Assembly (NCBI GenBank): GCA_902767465.1
Contig: CACXHM010000061.1
Location: forward strand, 1 to 34,193
Source of the DNA: an uncultured Bacteroidia bacterium
GTDB taxonomy: Bacteria > Bacteroidota > Bacteroidia > Bacteroidales > UBA932
DNA length: 34,193 nt
Direction: 5' to 3'
Shown here: positions 1-7,908 of the stretch, one piece after another
How positions within the stretch are numbered: the stretch's first letter is position 1
Layout: each line of letters starts with the position of its first letter
Notes under the pieces: model-generated
Told to the model about the DNA's origin: nothing
The model's database searches: none
Seen by the model: only the letters and a program-made list of their open reading frames with translations
Translations under genes and position numbers: made by a program

Positions 1-434
1 GCGCGTTCCGACCATATCTGGAGCTGATCCACAGCTGCCGCACGGAAAGTATCCGCCGCACCGAGAATCACTTTTTTGCCTTGGTTTTTAAACAGATGCG
101 CGAGTTTGCCTATGGTGGTGGTCTTCCCTACTCCATTCACCCCAACTACCAGAATCACGTAAGGTTTCTTTCCTTCCGGCAGCCCCTTCAGGGGATCACC
201 CCCTTTGGAAAGCAGGGCAGATATCTCTTCGCGAAGATAGCCTACAAGCTCATCGAAGGAAGTGTAGCGGTCGCGTCCGACACGCTCTTCAAGAGCATCT
301 ATTACCTTCAGGGTGGTGTCCACACCCATATCGGTCTCCACGAGAGCCTCTTCCATCGCGTCGAGGGTATCGTCGTCCACTCTCGATTTGCCGGTTATCG
401 CCCGTGAAATTTTCTGAAAGAAACTGAATGCCAT
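1..434 (-). CDS. ftsY: Signal recognition particle receptor FtsY (5' part; runs off window edge)
   Basis: Manual translation of minus strand from ATG at 434: [41 protein letters not shown]...[22 protein letters not shown]...[23 protein letters not shown]. It has the SRP-GTPase P-loop, the DTFRAAA motif and the N-domain DMGV motif. Absent from the ORF track because no stop lies in the window. Confidence 0.97.
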   Translation of the reverse strand, partial: MAFSFFQKISRAITGKSRVDDDTLDAMEEALVETDMGVDTTLKVIDALEERVGRDRYTSFDELVGYLREEISALLSKGGDPLKGLPEGKKPYVILVVGVNGVGKTTTIGKLAHLFKNQGKKVILGAADTFRAAAVDQLQIWSER

Positions 435-456
435 TCCTGGTAAAAACTATAACCCA

Positions 457-488
457 CAAAGTTACTTTCAATCGAGCAAAAAAGCAAA
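457..488 (-). promoter_or_regulatory. Bacteroidetes primary-sigma promoter for ftsY
   Basis: Minus strand TTTG (488-485), 20-nt spacer, TAACTTTG (464-457): matches the -33 TTTG / -7 TAnnTTTG consensus. Confidence 0.75.
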
Positions 489-497
489 TCCGCTTTC

Positions 498-530
498 AAT
501 AAAGAAGCCGGCCCGGGAAGGGTCGGCTTC
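498..530 (-). terminator. Intrinsic terminator of the susC operon
   Basis: Minus strand GAAGCCGACCC-TTCCC-GGGCCGGCTTC followed by TTTATT, about 40 nt after the stop at 573. Confidence 0.7.
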
Positions 531-572
531 GATTGGTTTTTGAGATTCCCGGAAAAACCGGAAATGTCAAGG

Positions 573-3356
573 CTAGTCCATGGTGTCGGCAAAGACAGGA
601 TGTCCGGCCTCACCGGTCCAGTTGTAATAAACATTACCGGCACCGACAGAGTAATTCTGCCACTCGTTCAGGGCATCCATCAGCTTGTCGCACACTTTGC
701 TGTTCGCCGTGATATTGATTGCAAGCGTACCATCCGCAGGATCGAAAGAGCAGACAGTATCTGTCCTGTTAGCTGTTCCTGCAGAGCCAACCATTTGACC
801 ACTAAGGACTTCATTTGAAGAATAACTATAGTGGACATAGCTCATGTACTGCAGCCCGGCAAGTCCTCCGAGATATTTTAGGGCATCGGTAGCAGGAGCA
901 GACTTATCAGCAGGTCCTACATAACCACCATTGTAGTTATTCTGGAAATATGTATTACCCCACAAATAGCCGGCAATACCACCAACGTACGGATCTGTAA
1001 GCGAGGCTGTTGAATAAACGACGTCTCCGTCATTGTAGCAGTTATGGATCCAAAGCTGATCGGTATTCCGATAAGTCGCGTTAGTACTATTCGATCCAAG
1101 GCCGCCGATAATTCCGCCGGCGACAGTGCCGCCAGATGTTGTCCTAGTTCCGGTTATAGTTCCGTGATTAGCGCAGTTCTTCATCTGAAGGCGTCCGACA
1201 AACCTGCAGAAAGAGTATCCTACGATACCGCCAACCCTGAAAGGTCCGCCGGTTACATCACCTTCATTGACACACTGCAGAATATAGCTGTACGCAGGCT
1301 TTGCAAGATTGCCATGATCATGCATAAGGCCAATAATACCACCAGTATTGACTGAAACAGATGTAACCTTTCCAGAATTCCTGCAATTAGATACCGTAGT
1401 GGAACGATTGCCGAATCTGACAAGGCTTCCGATTATACCGCCGGTGCCAGGGTTATGGCCGCCAATTCCACGAGGGAACGTCTTGCCGGTTCCGTCGGTA
1501 TTTGCTGCAATCTCACCCGTATTGACCAGATTGTCAAAAGAAGGAGTAGCACTATTACTGCCATTGGCTATACCAATGATACCACCGATTCCAAGCTTTC
1601 CGACAACTTTGCCGCTATTGGTGCAATTCTTGATTGCGCCGGCAGTATGAACCCATCCGATTACTCCGCCTGCAGCAGAACCAAGGCCCATTTCCATCTG
1701 TCCGGAGATATTGCCACCTTCATAGTATCCATTTCCGGTAACATTACCGCTGTTGGTAAGACCATCGACATCTGTCCAATATGTTACACCAACGACACCT
1801 CCAACCTTATTGAACCCCTCGACAGAGGCAGTATTGGAGCAGTTATTCAGTTTTGAGTTCTGGGTCCATCCAGCTACACCGCCGCTTCCGTTTGGATAAT
1901 TTCCAGCAGAATAATTATTTCCGGCAGGGAAGAACATTCCTGTTCCGGCAGTAGCTGTAGATTTTATGGCTGCAGTGTTATGGCAATTGGTGAGTGTAAC
2001 GTTGTAGTTATATGCACTGACGCCTGCCACAGTATTATTACCAGTGACAGCCCCGCTATTGTCACAGTCCTTGATATCGGTATATCCTGCATACCCTGCA
2101 ACACCTGCAATATAATTACCTTTCGAGGTTACAGCCACGTTGGCCTTAATATTGGTAAGCGATACACGTTTCGCGCTGGAACCTTCGCTGGAACCAACCA
2201 CACCGGCAGCGTAGTTTCCGTCTGCCTTAACCACACCTTCAACCTCCAGATCGGCAATAGAAGAACCAGCCCCCAATTCACCGAACAAAGCGACAAAATG
2301 CTGTCCCTTTGGATCCTTGGAATTGACGCCGTCAAGATCAACCTTAATCTTGTGGTTGTTCCCGAGGAAATGTCCGGAGAACGGAGCCTGTTCGTCATCG
2401 GAAATGTAGAAGCCGATGGGAGTTGTGACCGGATTATCAACCATATCGCACTGCAGGCTCACATACTGATCTTCATAGGATTTGCCAAGGTTGACGGAAG
2501 CTGCAAATGCACCGAATTCGCCAGCATTGGTAAGAAGGAACGGGTTGGATTCGGTTCCCTCACCGGTAAGTCCGCTGGTAAGTTTGTCGCCAATGACACC
2601 GAGATCAAATATCTTATTGATTTCAAGGGTGTTTTTCACACCGGAAGTGAGGGTCTGATAACCACCGTTTCCACGAAGAGCAGTAATGGAGAGACCGGGA
2701 TCGATTTCCACCGGAGCGGCAGCAACAAAGTAATCGCCGTCAACACCTCCGACCGCAACGGTAACGCTCTTGGTAGTGTCGTTAGCTACGGCTGCAAGCG
2801 CAGGAGCCTCACCGGAAAAATCTACGGAATAAGCTCCGACCAAAGCATTCTTGGATGCAATCTGGAGCATTTCCACCACGTTGCCGGAATTGACATTCAA
2901 TTTCAGGACAGAGGTTACGTTCCGCATGGAAAGAGTAGTCCCGACAGCTTTTGCGGCACAGATATTGGCGTCGGCAAAACGGCCGGAAGTCGAAGAGGGT
3001 ATCCTGATTTGAACCTTCTTATCTGCAACACCTTCCGCTGCGCTTACAGGGTAAACGGCGAAATACGAGGTATCCTTCATCTTCACCTCAACGTCGAAGG
3101 ACGTTTTTCCGTCCTGATCGGCGGGAACTTCTACGTCAACGGTGTATTTGCCGTCGGAATTGAGGATCCTGACCTTGTCTCCGGCAGCCCAGGCAGTTTT
3201 GCCGTCAACAAGTTGGGTTCGGGTTGCATCGAAAGCGAGAGTAAGGGTAGTGGTTTCGGCGGGGTCGCCGGCTACCGGGGCCTCCATCTCAGTCCTTTCG
3301 CAAGCAGCAAATGCAAGAAGTGCTGCAGAAGCAAGAAAAATATATAACTTTTTCAT
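573..3356 (-). CDS. Surface lipoprotein: fimbrillin-like (type V pilin) N-terminal region plus GLUG-repeat beta-helical region
   Basis: Lipobox FAAC; DATRTQ...WAAGDKVRI motif typical of Mfa1/fimbrillin-like proteins; GEGTESNPFLL linker; many N.G.V.G...GG(I/V).G repeats. Confidence 0.8.
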   Translation of the reverse strand: MKKLYIFLASAALLAFAACERTEMEAPVAGDPAETTTLTLAFDATRTQLVDGKTAWAAGDKVRILNSDGKYTVDVEVPADQDGKTSFDVEVKMKDTSYFAVYPVSAAEGVADKKVQIRIPSSTSGRFADANICAAKAVGTTLSMRNVTSVLKLNVNSGNVVEMLQIASKNALVGAYSVDFSGEAPALAAVANDTTKSVTVAVGGVDGDYFVAAAPVEIDPGLSITALRGNGGYQTLTSGVKNTLEINKIFDLGVIGDKLTSGLTGEGTESNPFLLTNAGEFGAFAASVNLGKSYEDQYVSLQCDMVDNPVTTPIGFYISDDEQAPFSGHFLGNNHKIKVDLDGVNSKDPKGQHFVALFGELGAGSSIADLEVEGVVKADGNYAAGVVGSSEGSSAKRVSLTNIKANVAVTSKGNYIAGVAGYAGYTDIKDCDNSGAVTGNNTVAGVSAYNYNVTLTNCHNTAAIKSTATAGTGMFFPAGNNYSAGNYPNGSGGVAGWTQNSKLNNCSNTASVEGFNKVGGVVGVTYWTDVDGLTNSGNVTGNGYYEGGNISGQMEMGLGSAAGGVIGWVHTAGAIKNCTNSGKVVGKLGIGGIIGIANGSNSATPSFDNLVNTGEIAANTDGTGKTFPRGIGGHNPGTGGIIGSLVRFGNRSTTVSNCRNSGKVTSVSVNTGGIIGLMHDHGNLAKPAYSYILQCVNEGDVTGGPFRVGGIVGYSFCRFVGRLQMKNCANHGTITGTRTTSGGTVAGGIIGGLGSNSTNATYRNTDQLWIHNCYNDGDVVYSTASLTDPYVGGIAGYLWGNTYFQNNYNGGYVGPADKSAPATDALKYLGGLAGLQYMSYVHYSYSSNEVLSGQMVGSAGTANRTDTVCSFDPADGTLAINITANSKVCDKLMDALNEWQNYSVGAGNVYYNWTGEAGHPVFADTMD

Positions 3357-3381
3357 ATTTCTTTCGTTTTGCGGTTAGACA

Positions 3382-5355
3382 TTAATTCCATTTCCATTCG
3401 CCGTTGCCATAATCCTCGAGTCCGCCGAAATTGAAAGCGGCAGCCTTGGGAACAAACACACTGACAGCAGAATCAAGTTCTTTCATGCCGTCGGCATCAA
3501 GGGTAGCGTTCTTGCCGTCGGATGTCAGCTTGTTGATATTGAATGCGCGGAAGTTGTAGTTGGCGACAAATGCACCGTTAACGACCGTGATGGGATCCTT
3601 GATGACACCGGGACGTGCCGATGACTTGGCACCGAGTTTCTCCCATCCTTCGGGACGGATCTGGTAGCCATCCTTTATAACTATCAGGGTTCCAACGGGG
3701 AGATAATCGCGGCCTACGATATTCGTCGCGGCAAACACATCCAGGTTGGCATCTCCGGTCTTGCCGGTGAAGCCTGCGATAATAGTCGAATTGCTTCCGG
3801 AATTGTAATATGCATTATGAATGACATTAAGTGGCAACTCGACATAGTCGTCGAGATTGTACTCTGCAGCCGTAGCAACAGCACGGAGATCTTCATTGGG
3901 AACGAGCAGCGTGGAGGGAGCGCCTTCAACTGCAGCGGTTATGGCGACGGGCTTCGCAACTGCGTTGTTCACCGCCTCCTTGATTGCCGGGAGATACCCC
4001 TCTTCCCACCTGAATCCGGCAGGAACATAGGTAAGGGTGTCGATATCCTTGCCGGTGATGGCCTTTGCCCAGGTAAGTGAAGCTGTGAGGCGGCCGATAT
4101 TGTTGGAAAGGTGATATCCGTCACGGGTAAGGTTGTCGCCCATGAAACTGGTGCGGAGGTTCTGGATAGCTGTTCCTGAAGGGATGACACCTTCGATCTC
4201 TTCGGATACGGCAACCTTTGCCCTCAGCGCATTTACGATTGCAGCATACATATCAAGCTGGACACCGCCATATCTGGCGAAATCATCATGGGTGGAATCA
4301 CCCTCATAGGCCCATGTCATGTGCCAGAGAATAGGGGTGAATTCGCAGTAGTTGCGCACTGCAGCGATTACATTCTCAAGATAGGGATCGTATGAAGAAG
4401 GTACGCCGGAAAGGCCGCTGACCTGCTGGACGGTGATGTAGTCCCAGTTATCGCCAACGAGCGCAGTGTCCGCAACGAACTTTTCGGTAGTGGTCCATTC
4501 GCCATTTTCGGTATAATAGTAGGTGTATGCCCCACGGGGAGTCTCACCGCCGGAAAGATTCTCGGCATGGGTCTCAAGGCTGCATCCGCCGATGTAAAGG
4601 TTTCCAAGGCAGATCTTGGTGTAACCGAGGCGGCTGAGGATGGGATAGAGATTTTCCATCGCATCAGCGCTGAAGCTGTTGCCGATGGCGAGGATGCTGA
4701 TGGCATTGGGATCGGTGTTGGCCGCTTTCTGTGTAAATATCACGGTAACCGACACATCGGCTCCTGTAGAGCAGCTGAACACTACGGAACCCTCGCGGGC
4801 TTCGCCGCTGTCGTTCAGATCGAATTTGACGGCGTATCCGCCATTAACCTCTTGCAGGGCATGTATCCATGAATCGGCAGGAGTGGCAACAATATCGTCA
4901 TTGCTGGTGAGCGGCACCAGGATAGTGTCGCCGCGGGGGTTGATATGGATCGGACCTCCCTCATAAGAAATAACCGGGGCACCAGGACCCTGAACGACTG
5001 CGATGTTCACGCTCTGCTGGGTCCCCTTGATAGTTACGATACCGCTACGCTCTTTGGCAACAGGGTTGGCGGTGTAATTGAGGACGACTTTATGCTCTTC
5101 AAGAACAACCGGCTCCTGAGCCCTGGTTTCCTCATAGAAGAGCCATTCCTGTGCATCCTTGGCAACGAATACCTCGAATGCATAGTTTGCCTGAACGGGA
5201 ATCTCGACAGTTCCCCTGTCCCCTCCTACATGAACCGTAAGATCGGCGACCTCTATCACTGAAGGAGCGGGCAAGGTCTCTTCTTTCGGTTCTTTTTTGC
5301 AAGAAAGGCTCAGCACGGCCACAAAGGCCAGAATAGCTAATAAACTTTTCTTCAT
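3382..5355 (-). CDS. Lipoprotein with two BACON domains, DUF4886-type SGNH hydrolase domain and an unassigned C-terminal domain
   Basis: Lipobox SLSC; BACON-like W...N...R..Q patterns (EWL...ANPVAKERSG...VVQ; SWI...LNDSGEAREG...TQ); SGNH motifs AIGNSFS, YIGGCSL, WDYITVQQ, RDGYHL. Confidence 0.85.
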   Translation of the reverse strand: MKKSLLAILAFVAVLSLSCKKEPKEETLPAPSVIEVADLTVHVGGDRGTVEIPVQANYAFEVFVAKDAQEWLFYEETRAQEPVVLEEHKVVLNYTANPVAKERSGIVTIKGTQQSVNIAVVQGPGAPVISYEGGPIHINPRGDTILVPLTSNDDIVATPADSWIHALQEVNGGYAVKFDLNDSGEAREGSVVFSCSTGADVSVTVIFTQKAANTDPNAISILAIGNSFSADAMENLYPILSRLGYTKICLGNLYIGGCSLETHAENLSGGETPRGAYTYYYTENGEWTTTEKFVADTALVGDNWDYITVQQVSGLSGVPSSYDPYLENVIAAVRNYCEFTPILWHMTWAYEGDSTHDDFARYGGVQLDMYAAIVNALRAKVAVSEEIEGVIPSGTAIQNLRTSFMGDNLTRDGYHLSNNIGRLTASLTWAKAITGKDIDTLTYVPAGFRWEEGYLPAIKEAVNNAVAKPVAITAAVEGAPSTLLVPNEDLRAVATAAEYNLDDYVELPLNVIHNAYYNSGSNSTIIAGFTGKTGDANLDVFAATNIVGRDYLPVGTLIVIKDGYQIRPEGWEKLGAKSSARPGVIKDPITVVNGAFVANYNFRAFNINKLTSDGKNATLDADGMKELDSAVSVFVPKAAAFNFGGLEDYGNGEWKWN

Positions 5356-5379
5356 AAATATTGATAATTAAATGGTTAG

Positions 5380-6591
5380 TTAGTCTGTTTTTCCGGCGGC
5401 ATACCCATAAGCTTCGAACTCGTAGAGATCGAGGAAGCCATTGGTATTGTCGTATGAGTTCTTGAACACTATGGCTATATATCTTCCGCTTACCAGTTCG
5501 GAAGGAACGGCTTCCTGAACCGCATCCAATTGCGACAGATACGAACTTATCAGCGGAGTTCCGAAAACGGCCGCATAAGAATCCCCGGCATTGGGGTTCA
5601 GCGGATCGTCGCTTACATAAATCTCGTATGTACGGATACGCCTCAGGCTCTTGTTATCGTCGTCAGGATTCTGATAGAAACGGAATGTGCTGAAAGTCAT
5701 TACGTCATCACCGGTTTCCTTGGTATCTATCACAAAAATCTTGGGAAAAACTTTCTGGTACGAAGGGTCGTTCGTACTCATCCATTTATGGTTGTCGTCA
5801 TCGGTGATGCCGTCGATTGCAAGCTGCGGAAGATAAGGTGAACGGGTCTGGTTTGCCGTAACCGTGGCAACCGCCTTGCTGATATCTATATTGTACGAAA
5901 TTGGAACCGCGGATTTTACCCAGTTGTTGGTCCAGACGGTATCTATTCCGTTCTCGGGGCAATACGACGACTGGTACTCAAAGAACTTTCCTTTGAGTGC
6001 ATCGGGGAGCCTTATACTGGTTTCATCCGCATTGAGCGTTTCGTCGAGTACTACCACATTGCCGGCGCTGTTGCGATAACGGAACTTGGTGGATGTCATC
6101 TCTCCGATAGGTGTTCCCATCGTAATGACGGCATCGCTTCCCCGCATTTCCGCAGTCACGACACGTCTTTCCGCATGTGTGGAAAGCCATCCGTCGCCAT
6201 AGGGCGAGACAGTGATTTCATAAGGCAGGGAGCGGTTGCCGCTTTCGTCGAAATTGACGATACTGAAAGTGTAGGAGCGGTCTTCGAGATTCTCCACCCT
6301 CGCACTCAGGCGCCCGTTCTCGGCTGCAGCATAATCGAGGCTGAGCGAATCCCTTCCGCTGTCCCAGTAAAGCCGGACCAGCTTTACGGCCGGATCGAGG
6401 GGCACGGCCCAGGAAAGTTCCACCTTAAGGTAGCCGGAAAGGGTCTGAACCTCCTGCACCTTTGCAGGATAATTGTATCCTCCTGGCACGATGTACTGCC
6501 TGTAGGTATCGTCCTGCCTGTCGCATGAGCATACCGCAAGGCACAGCAATGAAACAAGGATATATATTCTTCTATTCATCTTCGTATCCAT
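5380..6591 (-). CDS. DUF4998-type lipoprotein with C-terminal discoidin (F5/8 type C)-like domain
   Basis: Lipobox VCSC; YNYPAKV...SGYLKVELSW..PLDPAV...LYWD resembles DUF4998; AIDG...KW...GRYIAIVF...LYEFEAYG resembles a discoidin fold. Start may be 6591 or 6579. Confidence 0.75.
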   Translation of the reverse strand: MDTKMNRRIYILVSLLCLAVCSCDRQDDTYRQYIVPGGYNYPAKVQEVQTLSGYLKVELSWAVPLDPAVKLVRLYWDSGRDSLSLDYAAAENGRLSARVENLEDRSYTFSIVNFDESGNRSLPYEITVSPYGDGWLSTHAERRVVTAEMRGSDAVITMGTPIGEMTSTKFRYRNSAGNVVVLDETLNADETSIRLPDALKGKFFEYQSSYCPENGIDTVWTNNWVKSAVPISYNIDISKAVATVTANQTRSPYLPQLAIDGITDDDNHKWMSTNDPSYQKVFPKIFVIDTKETGDDVMTFSTFRFYQNPDDDNKSLRRIRTYEIYVSDDPLNPNAGDSYAAVFGTPLISSYLSQLDAVQEAVPSELVSGRYIAIVFKNSYDNTNGFLDLYEFEAYGYAAGKTD

Positions 6592-7893
6592 TTATTCTAC
6601 AGGAAGTCCATAAGGGGTGATTTCACCGATCTGGACCGCCATGGTTTTAAGACCGCTGTTGTATGTCATGAAATTATCGACAAAAACAACACGCAGATAC
6701 CTGACGGCATCGTTGGCATGAGGCCATTTAGCAACGTCGAGGTCGAAGTCGTTGCCGGCATTGAAATACTCGCGGTCCTCTACGGTAATTGTTCCTACCG
6801 AGCCGTCTTCCTCATAGCCGGAAGGCTTGTATTGCGTAAAAGTCCCGAGATGTACCCAACCTTCCTCGAACCCGTAAGGGTTGTCATCAGTCTTGGATAT
6901 CTTTTCTCCGGTAGGATTCTCTTCCTTGACCCAGCCCCAGAATTCAAAATCGCGGGGATGGGCGTCGCGCCAGATGTTGTAGTCGATACGCGGCAGCGTA
7001 TGGATTCGGCTGAGGTGAGCCGTCTGTCCGAGTCGGATGGTGAGCCAGCATGGACGCGGGGCTTCGTCGCAGGCGAAAATGTAGGGAGACTTGGATTGTC
7101 CGGAGCCATCCCAGAGTGCCTTCACCGGATAATTTGAACTGGCAGCCTTGCAGTTGTCGTCAGGAAGACTTGCATCTGCAAAATTCTTGTTGTCGAGCTT
7201 ATATTCAGGGATTGGCGTTGCCTGGAATCCCATCATTTTGGAAGTATTTCCCCAATGGTCGCGCACGTAAACGGCAAACAGCGCTTCAACGGGTTCCAGG
7301 TTGCGCCTGGTCAGGTAAACCTTGTCACTCGCGGTGAAAAGGGTTGTCACCTCGACCCATTTGCGTTGTTCAATAGGAAGGGACGCGTCGGAAAGGTCCT
7401 CGTCGCGGAGAAGCACTACGGCAAGGTCGGACTTGGAACTATTCCCTTCGAGATATATCTTTACCCCGCCGTAGGTTTCTGTAACGTTGCACGAAACCAG
7501 GTTCACTGAAGCCGGGTCAGGAGTGAAAGACATGTGCTCGGAAGCGGATTTGACTTCGTTGACATTGAAAGTGCAAAACTCGACGTCATGCTCCTCAGTA
7601 TCGGCAAAGCCCTGGATAAGCAGACTGTCGACATAACGGGAAACTTTCGTGGTGATGGTCTCGCCATTACGGACATACGTGGCGATAGTGCCGCGCACAT
7701 TGTTGTCGTCGGGATAGACGAACTCGAACACTGCCCCTCCGGCGATGGTACGGCGGAGAGACACGCTCACAAGCGGCTTCGGCGACGGAACGCTTCCGTC
7801 GGTCGGAATCATCCTCACAAACTCATCATACCCCGAATTGCATGAGCAGATGGCGAGAATGCCGGACAATATAATATAAAGATACTTTTTCAT
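6592..7893 (-). CDS. DUF4959/DUF5126/DUF5000-type lipoprotein (SusCD-associated)
   Basis: Lipobox ICSC; GGAVFEFVYPDD...VSRYVDSLLIQGFAD; ETYGGVKI; YVRDHWGN; ALWDG...HPRDFEFWG...VRYLRV...GEITPYG. Lies directly downstream of susD. Confidence 0.8.
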   Translation of the reverse strand: MKKYLYIILSGILAICSCNSGYDEFVRMIPTDGSVPSPKPLVSVSLRRTIAGGAVFEFVYPDDNNVRGTIATYVRNGETITTKVSRYVDSLLIQGFADTEEHDVEFCTFNVNEVKSASEHMSFTPDPASVNLVSCNVTETYGGVKIYLEGNSSKSDLAVVLLRDEDLSDASLPIEQRKWVEVTTLFTASDKVYLTRRNLEPVEALFAVYVRDHWGNTSKMMGFQATPIPEYKLDNKNFADASLPDDNCKAASSNYPVKALWDGSGQSKSPYIFACDEAPRPCWLTIRLGQTAHLSRIHTLPRIDYNIWRDAHPRDFEFWGWVKEENPTGEKISKTDDNPYGFEEGWVHLGTFTQYKPSGYEEDGSVGTITVEDREYFNAGNDFDLDVAKWPHANDAVRYLRVVFVDNFMTYNSGLKTMAVQIGEITPYGLPVE

Positions 7894-7908
7894 ATCACAG
7901 CCTGTTTA

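Noticed and set aside
81-407. 108-aa plus-strand ORF in the track
   Set aside because: Antisense to the clearly recognisable ftsY; no motif support.
573-900. Diversity-generating retroelement target at the C-terminus of the pilin-like gene
   Set aside because: No reverse transcriptase, no template/variable repeat pair seen in the window, and no C-type lectin-like C-terminus. A remote template cannot be excluded.
1980-3347. 455-aa plus-strand ORF (also 8953-9945, 19745-20851, 22610-23668, 23774-25081, 29815-31269)
   Set aside because: Each lies antisense to a well-supported gene and has no recognisable motifs; typical shadow ORFs from codon bias.
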